DNA of 63,939 nucleotides, counting the filler, from Octopus bimaculoides (lineage: Eukaryota), in the NCBI RefSeq assembly GCF_001194135.2. It is 6 parts of 6 records of this genome, joined end to end, with 100 filler letters (N's around TTAATTAATTAA, not from the genome) between each part and the next. Parts side by side here need not be neighbours in the genome. Positions count along the whole stretch, not along the records: positions 7,179 to 15,169 come from NW_026311566.1; positions 15,270 to 44,379 come from NC_068984.1; 4 more parts are not named here. One strand, written 5' to 3'. Shown in pieces: positions 12,838 through 25,027 of this stretch (position 1 is its first letter; each line of letters opens with the position of its first letter). Made by a program: the position numbers and the translations under genes. The notes under the pieces are model-generated. The model saw only the letters and a list, made by a program, of their open reading frames with translations. It had not been told where the DNA came from and ran no database searches.

Positions 12838-13018
12838 AAGTATTCTCTACTTCAAGTCTGTCCCTTCATACGCTTTTGCCTCGCGCACAAATATACATAT
12901 TTACAGGCACCAATTTCCATGCTTTTCTCTCACTGCACTTTCACAGCTTTATTCTGCAAAGTGAAATAACTGTTGCCAATGTTTGCTTAGTCATATAGTC
13001 CAGGCCACCACCCGCTTC
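12838..13018 (+). repeat. Block B of the duplicated unit (second copy at 15029-15169)
   Basis: AAGTATTCTCTACTTCAAGTCTGTC...CAGGCCACCACCCGCTTC is nearly identical at both positions apart from one ~30-40 nt indel. Confidence 0.9.
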
Positions 13019-13362
13019 TAGTGTCATGCGGCTTTCGCTAATTCTTCCTTCAGTATATTGGCTCCCTGGTGAATCGTGCTCGACGATTAAACTTCATTTT
13101 TACTCATACTTATGGGCAGAGACAATTTGATCGGCTCTCCTACATGTGCAAATGTTGAAAGTAGCATAGAGCAGGCAACTGCAGCAGTGAACGGTTGAAC
13201 GCCTCTTGCAATAGAAGCGAGTGAAATGTAAAAAAGAGAGAGAAGAAAGAAAAGAAAATATAAAATCTACTCTAAAGTTACTTTGAAATTTCAGCTGCCA
13301 GAGGCATAGTTGAAAATTTATAAAACTTTTTTAAAGTAATAACATTAAACAAAAAGTGTACG

Positions 13363-13482
13363 ATGCTAACAGCACCTACGTTTCCCAAGCGGTCACCCAT
13401 CTAAGTACTCACTAGGCTCGACGTTGCTTAACTTCGGTGGTCGGTCGAGGACCGGTGCTCTCAGCGTGATATGGCCGTAAGC
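13363..13482 (-). rRNA. 5S rRNA gene or pseudogene, copy 1
   Basis: 120 nt GCTTACGGCCATATCACG...GAAGTTAAGCAACGTCGAGCCTAG...GATGGGTGACCGCTTGGG...GCTGTTAGCAT matches the eukaryotic 5S layout with box A and box C; TTTTT terminator at 13351-13355. Confidence 0.92.
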
Positions 13483-14426
13483 GATTATCAACATGCCTTT
13501 TAGTACCTTTTTTCTAATAAACGACTAAATGCAAGCAGCTTTTAACATTTTACAATCTATACTCACTTTTGTCATAATTTTCAAATCTTTACCCTACTTT
13601 TCTTCTACCAGTTCACTATTGCATCGGCTGATCAAACTTTCTTTCTTTTATTCTAACTTCCATATACACTACTAGCAACTAGCTTCACGCTCACTAGCTT
13701 TCAGATTTCACTTTGCCGCTGCCCATTAGTCAATAGTCCTTCACTGTCACGCCACACTTCCCTTACTACTACTACTTCTGTCCCAATCTTACCTACAAAT
13801 GCTCCTCAACACATCACCACACGTCATCACAAACTTATGCTCTGGCTATCCGCACCAATAGCAAAGAGCTATGGATCTTCCTGATGCGACGCTCGCCACA
13901 TCAACGTCCAGTATTTAGCAAAATTTCCCCGCTTGTGACTCGCCCATCTTTCATTTCACTTCCGTGGACTTTATGCTAGTGGAAATGACTCTCTACGTGC
14001 ATATTACTAAANNNNNNNNNNNNNNNNNNNNNNNNNNNNNNNNNNNNNNNNNNNNNNNNNNNNNNNNNNNNNNNNNNNNNNNNNNNNNNNNNNNNNNNNN
14101 NNNNNNNNNNNNNNNNNNNNNNNNNNNNNNNNNNNNNNNNNNNNNNNNNNNNNNNNNNNNNNNNNNNNNNNNNNNNNNNNNNNNNNNNNNNNNNNNNNNN
14201 NNNNNNNNNNNNNNNNNNNNNNNNNNNNNNNNNNNNNNNNNNNNNNNNNNNNNNNNNNNNNNNNNNNNNNNNNNNNNNNNNNNNNNNNNNNNNNNNNNNN
14301 NNNNNNNNNNNNNNNNNNNNNNNNNNNNNNNNNNNNNNNNNNNNNNNNNNNNNNNNNNNNNNNNNNNNNNNNNNNNNNNNNNNNNNNNNNNNNNNNNNNN
14401 NNNNNNNNNNNNNNNNNNNNNNNNNN

Positions 14427-14800
14427 ACAAACGATTCTGAAACAATTAACCCTAACCCTAACCCTAGGGTTAGGGTTAGAGTTAGGGTTAGGGTTAAAGC
14501 AAATTTAAAATGAAAAAAGCAAATAAAACGAAGCTATGGAGATTAAATACGCTTTACATTGCTTAATCTGCCAAAGGAGTAAATGTAAACAACTGAATAC
14601 TTGTCAGTGATTGGTTGAAATTATCGAAATAAGACAATTTTGTACATGAAATAAATTGGAATACAAAAATATTTTTCTGTTCTATAACACAAAATAGATA
14701 AGTATACGAAGTTTGAAAGACTTTCGGTACCAAAAACACTACGTAAAACATTAATGAAAAATGTGGCCCTCGTTTTAAAAAGGATCCAAACAAGGATCCA
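14427..14800. repeat. Interspersed repeat carrying (CCCTAA)/(TTAGGG) units; related copy at about 40810-41190
   Basis: GTCAGTGATTGGTTGAAATTA..AAATA.GACAA..TT..ACATGAAATAA...CTGTTCTATAA.ACAAAATA is shared with 41034-41160, and both copies have upstream CCCTAA repeats. Class unknown. Confidence 0.7.
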
Positions 14801-14887
14801 AACAAAAATTCAATTCATAACCACACAACAATTTCCTATGTTCAGACGGTGTATTACAGAAAACGGTTTGAATGACACCTCTCTATC

Positions 14888-15007
14888 GTTCACGGCGTTA
14901 TCACTTTGAAAACACCGGTTCTCGTCTAATCACCGAAGTTAAGCAAAGTCGAGCCTAGTTAGTACTTAAATGGGTGACCGCTTGGGAAACCTAGGTGCTG
15001 TAAACAT
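14888..15007 (+). rRNA. 5S rRNA gene or pseudogene, copy 2
   Basis: 120 nt GTTCACGGCG...GAAGTTAAGCAAAGTCGAGCCTAGTTAGTACTTAAATGGGTGACCGCTTGGGAAACCTAGGTGCTGTAAACAT; T-runs follow within about 15 nt. Confidence 0.92.
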
Positions 15008-15269
15008 CTTTGCATTCTTTTATTTCAGAAGTATTCTCTACTTCAAGTCTGTCTCTTCTTTCGCTTTTGCCTCGCACACAAATATACATATTTACAGCTT
15101 TATTCTGCAAAGTGAAATCACTGTTGCCAATGTTTGCTTAGTCATATAGTCCAGGCCACCACCCGCTTCNNNNNNNNNNNNNNNNNNNNNNNNNNNNNNN
15201 NNNNNNNNNNNNNTTAATTAATTAANNNNNNNNNNNNNNNNNNNNNNNNNNNNNNNNNNNNNNNNNNNN

Positions 15270-15285
15270 AATAATAATGATGATG

Positions 15286-15380
<95 letters not shown>

Positions 15381-15400
15381 ATTATTATTATCATTATCTA
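15270..15400 (+). repeat. (AAT)n(GAT)n microsatellite; (ACAT)n, (ATGT)n, (AGAT)n and (CT)n arrays follow at 15.7-17.9 kb
   Basis: Directly visible. Confidence 0.95.
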
Positions 15401-16375
15401 TACAATATAATTTGTAGATGAGTTACTTCGAATCAATATGTAATCTGTATATTGGATATGTATCACTAATGTTGCCGTACCTCCACAATTTTTTCTTACT
15501 ACGGAAAAAAGAAAATTGATTTATAAATACGATTGCGCATTCAATCTCTGTGTGTATAATATATAAGCATGTATATATTTGTGCGTGTATGTGTGTTATA
15601 TAAAGTCAAGTTGGGTTCTTATTAAAGATAGAGTGGCACATACTGCAAAAGAATCTATAGATTTATGTATTCACACATACATACATACATACATACATAC
15701 ATACATACATACATACATACATACATACATACATACATACATGCTTACACAAATACAATATACTTTAATATGAACCAAGTGTATTCAATATTCAATATCT
15801 TTCGTTTAATTTATTGCAATGTTATTTCTACGCTTTTTAATCAACAGAGCTGTCTTTGAGACTACTGCCGCTTTTAAAAAAAATCTATTTCGGTCCTTTC
15901 TATTTATCTATATGCATCAGTGGGTATGTATGTATGTATGTATGTATGTATGTATGTATGTATGTATGTATGCATGTATGTATGTATGTATGTACGTACG
16001 TATGTATGTATGTATATATACACGCACATACACATACATATATGCATATATATACGTAGATACGAACATATACACTCAGACACAACGGTATATATATACA
16101 TATACATATATATATATATATATATNNNNNNNNNNNNNNNNNNNNNNNNNNNNNNNNNNNNNNNNNNNNNNNNNNNNNNNNNNNNNNNNNNNNNNNNNNN
16201 NNNNNNNNNNNNNNNNNNNNNNNNNNNNNNNNNNNNNNNNNNNNNNNNNNNNNNNNNNNNNNNNNNNNNNNNNNNNNNNNNNNNNNNNNNNNNNNNNNNN
16301 NNNNNNNNNNNNNNNNNNNNNNNNNNNNNNNNNNNNNNNNNNNNNNNNNNNNNNNNNNNNNNNNNNNNNNNNNNN

Positions 16376-16419
<44 letters not shown>

Positions 16420-16430
16420 GGATGGGATAA

Positions 16431-16512
<82 letters not shown>

Positions 16513-17843
16513 GCGTACATACATGCACACATACATTAATACATACATACATACATACATACATACACAGACATGCACTCCCAGACATAAAAATATATAT
16601 TTATGCATGTATGTATATTTATATTTTACATGTATACGTACGCGCATGCATATGTATGTGTATTATATATTTATATTTTATATGGATATATATGTGCATA
16701 TATGTGTATGTATGTTTGCATGTATATCCATTTTGTTTTGAAACCATTTAAGGCAGATGATAACTTCGTTTGTAATATCTCAATAAAACTTCCCGTTTTA
16801 GCCTATGAGACCTCACTACAGTTAATGAAAGCCCTGAGGAAGCTAACAATGCAACAGAAGGAAACAAAAAGCTCCAGTCTCATATGGTGTCACTATAGTG
16901 CTAGTAGTAAACCAACTTAAGGCAATAAGGAAGTATACGACTCAGAGATGTTTTACATGATAAAACAATATTTAATTTATAATAACATATTTAACGCAGT
17001 GAGCATTAAAAGTGCTAATTAGAAATATTAATGCAGTGTCGAATACACAATATGAGTCAATGGCTATTTCCTATCAAGTACAGGGAACAACAGTTATCAT
17101 GTTTTAATGTTATTAGATCTTACCAGTAACAGCATAGAGTTTCCTGTAATCAATATCGGATTTAAACAGAGAATCTCGTGGTTTGAATTAAATAGTTGAA
17201 TGGTTCCTTTATAAACTTTAAATTTTTCTGACGAGGTCTAGCATCAGAGAACATATCTGGAATTGTTTCACTTGTTTGTTAGATTAGAATTTTGAGAATA
17301 CAATTGTAATTTTTCGGACAATTAACGTCATTTTGATTTTCTTTAATATTGACATTTATACTACATTTCGATCGGAATCACGTCTAATCGAAATCAGGTG
17401 GTGTATTCCTTATCATGTATATATGATCAAGCTGGATGGATTCAAGCTAGGAGATTTTATTTTTAAAACTAACGAGCACACTGCATTAATTGCGAAGTTA
17501 TTTTGGATATAAAGATACCCAGTTCGAATCTGCTCTACTTCTAAGCACATATCTAGGAATAAGTTTTCTGCAGATGATCGAAAGTCACATCAATAGAAAA
17601 ATATTGGAAATGTAAAGTAAATAGATATTTGTCGGTGCAGAAGATTAATATTTAGTCGCTCAGTCAGCTAGACTATTTTCTCATTGAACTAGCGTGTACA
17701 GAAACATACATAAGTTTAATGTAATTTTAAAGGTGAAGAGAGTATTAGTGAACAATGCACCTAAACTTTACAAGATTTCTCACAAAAAAATAGTTACTCA
17801 AATACAACAGGCTTACTTTCAAGTTGAGCTCGTCGTCTCGATC

Positions 17844-17947
<104 letters not shown>

Positions 17948-20423
17948 CAACTGTGTCTCTTCTGTTAACCGTTAAACCATTGACCAATTTCATCATTTTC
18001 TCTAACCCCTCGTATTCCGACATCATTGCCGCTAGCATCCAAGCTCTCTCCGCCATCGTACTCAGTATTTGTGTCTTCAATCACGCTTACAGATGATCGG
18101 GCCTTCTGTCGGGCAACGAATCATCAAGTTCTTTTACAAAAGCTGGGAGCACGAACTCTCAACACGTAAAACTCTTATACGTTTTTCGCCACGTAAGTGG
18201 AAATCCTATTCTTCCTGTTTTTTTTTTTTCGTGGAAACTATCATACATTATTCCAAAAGTATATGACATATAAAATTCAGCTTTGCCCACCCCACCCCAG
18301 CTACACGGATTCCTCCTCTCACTTCAATCTAAGAATCAAAGAGGGAGTAATTATCAACAACAATTTCTACAGGAAACTCGTGTGCAAAATCTGCTTGTCA
18401 ACTAAAAGCCAACCCCCACTGTCAGATCTAAGGCTGGGTACGAGATGGACATACCTGTCACTAGGACAGAGGCAGTGACACGGCAGATCGACTCATGCAT
18501 ACCATATAGTTCAAGAAAGTTTTGAAACTCAGCGAAAAACAACATCCATTACCAGTTGCCTCTTGTGCCGGACACCGATAGAAATCTTCCTGCAACAGTT
18601 TCCTAAAGTTACCTTATTTCATTCAAACGTACAATTACTGCTGCTATGCACAAGTCTTTCTGCAGGGATAGACTAGATAAACTGGTGACCCACACAGGAT
18701 ATTTACAATGGAAATCGTAACTAAAAATAGCAGAATTAAATGCAAGATGGCCAACTGCCTTATCTGTAACAGGGTCGTGTGCCTACGAACTTATGCTATG
18801 TATCATGTCTAGTGTGCCAAATAAGGTAATTGTTACATCGGCATTGTGAATCATCTGCACATGCGCATCATGCATGATTAAAAAAACATTGACAAATGCA
18901 GAAACGTTGCCTCACCATGAAATCCATAGACCGTTTCTGTTGTAACCTTTGGATCAACGAAACCATTTTTTGTTCAAAGAGCACAATCAGTAATTAACTG
19001 CCTACATTTTAATGGAAACCATTCCTTGGAGGGCATATCATAGTATTTGTAACAAATTCTTCATACATTTTGCAGTCCCATGAAATTTAGTTTACTAATC
19101 CAAATTGCTTCACTCGTAGTATAGCAATCACACGGTACCAGCATGCCAACCTATACTCTCTTTCTTTCCTTCTTTCCTTTTAGCTTTCTTTTTCCCTTCT
19201 TCTCTGTCTCTTTACTTCACCGTTGTTCTCTTCGCAACTTTGCAACAGTGTATTTTACCCGAAAGATCAGGTATGGTAATATTTCAGTGGCTTTCTTATT
19301 GGTGTTGTCGAAACCTTCTATGGCACACTATTTTCCAAATATATACAAGTGTGTGGCCGTGGTGCGAGCATGTGGGCGTACATGTGTGTGTGCATGAGTG
19401 TATGATTGTGTTTGTGAGTTTGTGTGTCTGTGTGTGTGTGTGTCTATCTGTGTAATTTTATATGTATTTATATGTATGTACGTGTGTATGAATGTACGTA
19501 TGTTCGCGTGTGCCTGAGAGTTCGTGCCAATTTAACAAAGTATTTATTACAAACATTGAAAAGAAGAAGAGCGTGATGAAGGAAAGACAAGTAAATAAGA
19601 ATAACAGACATAACATTTTTAACTTAATACATACCAAGTATTATTTCATGTAATTATATATCTATTATTTTGGCTCGTGTTCGTGTCATGATGTAGGAGA
19701 TAACCTTAGATTAATTTTTCTACATCACTTGGGAAATAGCTAAGGAAGGGAATACGTGTAAACAAATCCCTAGTAATTTCATATTCGTAGGCATGAACAT
19801 GATTATCAGCATTACCTTCATAATGATCATGGACATCATAATCATCATCATCATCATGATCACCATCATCATCATCTTTAAATCCTCATCTTCACTATCG
19901 TTTAAATCCTCACTATCACCTTCACCATCATGGTCGCCAGCACTATTATCTTCATCCCCATCATCATCAACCAAATATAAGGATATGTTAACCTGTATAC
20001 ATCATAATCATGACCGCCAGTATCCCTATCATCACATATACATTCCGCATGACATGGTATTTGAGCAAGCGAAAGGAAATGGTTATAGTTTGGTGTTTAA
20101 CATCAAGAACAACTACATAGTTACTGTTGATAAAGGTTAACGTGCGTAATTGTATGCATGTTTGTAGGCTTATGGTGTGTCTGTGCATGACTACCTTGTA
20201 TGGGTGTAAGAGCGAGCGAGTGAGTATAAACGACACGCCCGTATATGTACATGCATGAGCTCTTTATTCATCACATACATACTTGTGTCTGTTTGTAACA
20301 ACTCACGACTGTTTGTGCTTGCCAATACGGATGTATATATGAATATATATAAGTGCGTGTGTGTATTTACATATATGTATATATATGTATATATACTATG
20401 TGTGTATATATATGTATATATAC

Positions 20424-20483
<60 letters not shown>

Positions 20484-20646
20484 NNNNNNNNNNNNNNNNN
20501 NNNNNNNNNNNNNNNNNNNNNNNNNNNNNNNNNNNNNNNNNNNNNNNNNNNNNNNNNNNNNNNNNNNNNNNNNNNNNNNNNNNNNNNNNNNNNNNNNNNN
20601 CATACATACATACATACATACATACATACATACATACATACATACA

Positions 20647-20950
20647 TGGCCCAGTGGTTAGGGCAGCGGACTCGCGGTCAGAGGATCGCGGTTTCGATTC
20701 CCAGACCGGGCGTCGTGTGTGTTTATTGAGCGAAAACACCTAAAAGTTCCACGAGGCTCCGGCAGGGTGTGGTGGCGACCCCTGTTGTATTCTTTCGCAC
20801 CCACTTTCTCTCACTCATTCTTCCTGTTTCTTGAGTAAAGGAGCGATGGACTGGCGGCCCGTCCACCTGGGGGGAACACACACGCCATAGAAACCGGAAC
20901 ACCGGGCCCATGAGCCTGGCTAGGCTTTAAAAAGGGCGTATAAATAAAAA
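20647..20950 (+). mobile_element. Full-length tRNA-derived SINE with a V-domain-like core
   Basis: A box TGGCCCAGTGG, B-box-like GGTTTCGATTCC, central GCGATGGACTGGCGGCCCGTCC (resembles the V-SINE motif), 3' GAAACCGG...AAATAAAAATAAT tail. Confidence 0.75.
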
Positions 20951-21019
20951 TAATATATATAGAAGGATCCCCTTTGGTCATGTCTGACCATGGGGTTGCA
21001 CCTAGAAAGAAGCGGTGTC

Positions 21020-22662
21020 ATAATCGGAAATGCAGAAATACATATACCACAATGTTGTAATACGCTCAGATAGAAAGGAGAGGAGCCATTGTGGAGTTGC
21101 TGTGTACATCCGAGAGGATCTCACACCCCAGGTTCTGCTGTCATATTCTTATTCAGTGTGTGACACTCAAATTGTACGTATAAGACACCTTAATACTGTT
21201 ATATATATACTACATATCGCCTACCAGATACTCCGAATTATACAAGCAAATTTGAAGACTGCCTAGCAAAGATAGAAGTTCTCACCAAACTGGAACAACA
21301 TATCAATGTATTCCTTTTGGGAACATGGGATGGCCTGCGAGCCAGATTCTCCCAGGAATGACACACCAACATCGAGCATAAGCAGAGTCCCTGCTCCACC
21401 TTACCAATGTCTCTTTCATGGAGCAAATCGTGTTGCAACCAACTAGGGCAAATGATATACTGGATCTCTGCTTCACAAACAATACGGACATTATCCATAA
21501 TGTTAAAGTGACACCGACGCTGATCTCGGATCACAATATAATAGAGCTGTCTATGTATGGACCAAAAGCTCCTGCAGGCATAGAGCCTATGCAAAGCACC
21601 CCAAATCTCTCAAAACTAAACTTTCAGAAAGCAACTTGGAAGTTGATTGAGAAAGAGATCCTCGAACAGGATTAACCTAAATGTCTCTCCACACCAGACA
21701 TTGACATGAAACACAAACATTTCATGTCCATAATACAAGCCATACGTGACAAATCTGTTCCATTGTGCAAGGCCAATATAAACAAAAACAGGATCCCTAG
21801 AGAAAGGAAGATTTTTATGAGACGACGGGAAAAGATTGCGAACCACCTGAGCAAGCATCCCAAGAGTGGCGAGAAGTCTCGCCTGGAGAGAGCGCTATTG
21901 GAGATTGAGAAACATCTGCATCAGTCTCATGAAAAGGAGAGAGCAAATAAATAAGCTTGGGTTATAGAAAATATCAAGACATGCAGACAGGACACACTGG
22001 CCCAGGAGGAATTGAAGTCCCTCAATCAAAATCGGTGCGTGACCTGGGCATTGATATGAGCAATGATGCATCCATCTTTCCAAGTGCATATTACCAATTT
22101 GGTAATAAAATGCAGACGGCTGGCTGGCTGGATGGATCCTCCGAACTTTCAAAACAAGAGAAAAGGAGACATTGAAGATCCTTTGGAGGACACACGTTCT
22201 CAACCGCTTAGACTGCTGCTCCTAACTATGGTCATCACACAATATAAAATACACGGCGGAACTCAAAGCAATCCAACGAATCTACACTAAGAAAATCGTC
22301 TCGATGCAACGTATCAGCTAGTGGGAAAGACTGAAAGAATTAAAACTCTTATCCCTAGAGCGAAGGCGGGAGAGATATGCCGTGATATACATCTGGAAAA
22401 TGGCTTCAAGGGCCACAGCTCTTTAATATCCTTTCAAAATGCCTGAGAGACCTGCATGGTGTTAATGTGTCTTTAAAGCAAAACTGGATTTCTTCCTGCC
22501 AAGGATTCCAGACGAGCCTTCCTCGCGGCAGGAAACACAGATGAGGGCAGCAGCATCAAAATCCCTCATTGACCAAATGCCACATATCAGAGGAGGTTTC
22601 AAATAGTGCTGTAATTCAGTCAACGGTGGTGCTCCAGCATGACCGCAGATTTGAAGCTGAAA
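21020..22662 (+). mobile_element. CR1-like LINE with internal deletions (APE retained, RT core lost, 3' tail present)
   Basis: RSDRKERSHCGVAVYIRED and QPTRANDILDLCFTNN..ISDHNIIEL (APE). The sequence jumps near 21985 to VPQSKSVRDLGIDMSND, skipping the YADD region. Then SY-WERLKELKL.SLERRRERYAVIYIWK, PQLFNILSKCLRDLHG and the tail GGTGGTGCTCCAGCATGACCGCAG. Confidence 0.92.
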
Positions 22663-22995
22663 TATTTTTAAATAGTTTAGTTTAAACTTTCAACATTTCT
22701 AGGTCATATTACGGCAAGCTTGTAGTATTTGCATTACGTCAAAATCATATACAAGAATTACAGTAAGACTTCATGCACATAACTCAAAGGTAAGTTCACT
22801 GTTCAAATCAGTTAACACAATGCCAATTCAAATCAAGTGAGTAAACCATACAACAAACACTTAATTCACTGGTACAACCATATTGTTTGATTCTTAAAAT
22901 AAGAACACTCATCCTTTTCTACAAATTTGATATCATATGGTCAATAATTCAACGTATAGAAGCCTATTGCAAATTAATGCAACTCCAGAAATAAC

Positions 22996-23062
22996 ATTTT
23001 CTATTCTAGGACCAAGGCCCGAAATTTTGCGGGAGGGGCCAGTCGATTACATACCGCTAAGC
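22996..23062 (-). mobile_element. Internally deleted Nin-domain SINE remnant ('family 2')
   Basis: 3' tail (CCAAGGCCCGAAATTTTGCGGGAGGGGCCAGTCGATTACAT) joined directly to head sequence ACCGCTAAGCATTTCGCCCG. Confidence 0.7.
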
Positions 23063-23993
23063 ATTTCGCCCGAAGGAGAACGCTCTTCATACACGATGTA
23101 CTACATTCTTCACGTCTCAACAATTGAACAAAGCTGAATATAAAAATATCATAGTCTATGTTATTGAGATTACTATACTTTCTAAACACGGTAAAGGAGA
23201 TGTATTCATTCCACATATGTCTGTCACTGCTACTGGTGCACTATTTTAATTGAAGAGACTTCAAATTTCCATACACCTAATCTGCGCGACTTTCATAAAC
23301 AATTTACAAATTTGGACGTTGAAGGCAAATGGATTCTAAATGGAAAAATTCTACTTCTCGCGTAGATAGCCGTATGTTACATGTGCAAGCGTTGGAAGCA
23401 AGGAATTTTTTAAAGCGTTTATGTTAAAGTTTAAGGTGGAGAAACTAACAACGTTATTTGCCATAAAGTTCTTAGCTGTTAATTATTTGTGTGTGCTCTG
23501 CAAAAGGTGTAACAGTTTACAGCCGGTTATATCCGGTTATCAGCTTCGTCATTCACATATTACATTTATGCAAACTTAACACGATTCTTTTACAAGGAAT
23601 CCACAACCAACTGTGCCGTTTGTTTCGTGGGAAATGGTGGGTGTCAGAGTAGTATGAGTGTATGTGTATGTATACACACATACATACCTACACACATACA
23701 TATATACATAGATACACACACACACATCTAAACGTATATGTATATGTGTACATATGTATATATACGCATATGTATATGTCTTTGTATATGTATATGTACG
23801 TGTGTGTGTGTGTGTGTGTGTAATTATTATCATCATCATTTAAAGGCTGCTTTCCATGCTGGCATGGGTTGGTTGTGTCGTCACGGATCGAGGTAATTCT
23901 TTTTCGGGTTATGTCCTCCAATTAAAAACAGTCTTGAACCGTAACCACCCGTCCAACTGAATAATGACATACATACATCGATATGTGTATATG

Positions 23994-24058
<65 letters not shown>

Positions 24059-24139
24059 GGATGTATGTATGTCATTATTCAGTTTTATTTCAAGATTTCT
24101 AGCCAATAGAGAAAGAACCGGTTTCTAACCTAGACCAGA

Positions 24140-24720
24140 ATCAAAAGTGGATAATGACGAACTGAAAGCCACCATCGAGTCATATCCATTTCAAAGTACC
24201 AGCGAATTATTGTTATTGTTTGATGTTAGCAAACAAACAATACTCACTCGCCTAGTTCAAGTGGGTAAAGGGAAAAAAGTTGGATAAGTGGGTTCCACAT
24301 GAACTCAATGAAAATCAAAACCAGCAACGTTTGGAAGCCTACATTATGCTACTTTCTCGTCACAAAAATGAATCATTTTTGAATCGAATTGTAAAATGTG
24401 ACGAGAAATGGATCCAATACAACAACCGTAAACGTTCAGCACAATGGTTAGACAAAGACGAGCCACCAAATCACAATCAAAAAGCAAAATTCATCAATAG
24501 AAGCTGATAGTGTGTGGATAACTTTTTGATAGGAAAACAATTTATTAACTCTAGATTGCCAGGCTTTTACAGTTCCAGGCTGAACAAGCTACCGCTGAAA
24601 TGGCAAAAGTGTATTGACAATATGGGTGCATACTTTGATGAATAAAACTATTCCTTGTATTTATAAAATACTTGCAAACTTTTTTCGTTTTCTACAAATT
24701 TCATATTTGACGACCTAATA
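24140..24720 (+). mobile_element. Mariner transposon remnant with internal deletion and right TIR
   Basis: DKWVPHELNENQ..R.E..LLSRHKNESFLNRIVKCDEKWIQYNNRKRSAQW (WVPHEL and first catalytic Asp). The sequence then jumps to the C-terminus LNKLPLKWQKCIDNMGAYFDE* and ends CATATTTGACGACCTAATA. Confidence 0.9.
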
Positions 24721-24980
24721 TTTAGACAGTGTGTTCCATATCCCAGGGCCCCAATAAGTATGTATGTATGTATGCATGTATGTATGTATGTATGTATGTA
24801 TGTATGTATGTATGTATGTATACAGTCTAAGAATCCAGCAATATAGGCGCTCGTATATTTGTTATAGAGTGGATATATTAATCAATGTATACAGTATTCT
24901 AGACCCGTTGCAGTCAATCTAATAAATGTGTGTGTGTGCACATAAACACGTCCAAACATTCATGGAACCATAAACTTGCG

Positions 24981-25027
<47 letters not shown>

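Noticed and set aside
14447-14496. True chromosomal telomere-fusion site
   Set aside because: The array is short and embedded in an interspersed repeat family with CCCTAA units at 40.8 kb. It is kept only as a lower-ranked finding.
17120-17260. Minus-strand exon ending at a strong donor CTG|GTAAGA
   Set aside because: All three frames contain stops and the acceptor is weak.
18600-18790. GPCR-like hydrophobic stretch on the minus strand (LAILHLILLFLVTISIVNILCGSP)
   Set aside because: It is bounded by stops, lacks the CWxP and other helix motifs, and has no usable splice structure.
19720-20140. Acidic/Ser-rich and Met/Ile-rich ORFs
   Set aside because: They are products of a degenerate (CAT)n repeat.
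20647-20720. tRNA gene
   Set aside because: It has A and B boxes but no complete cloverleaf, and it continues into a SINE body and tail.
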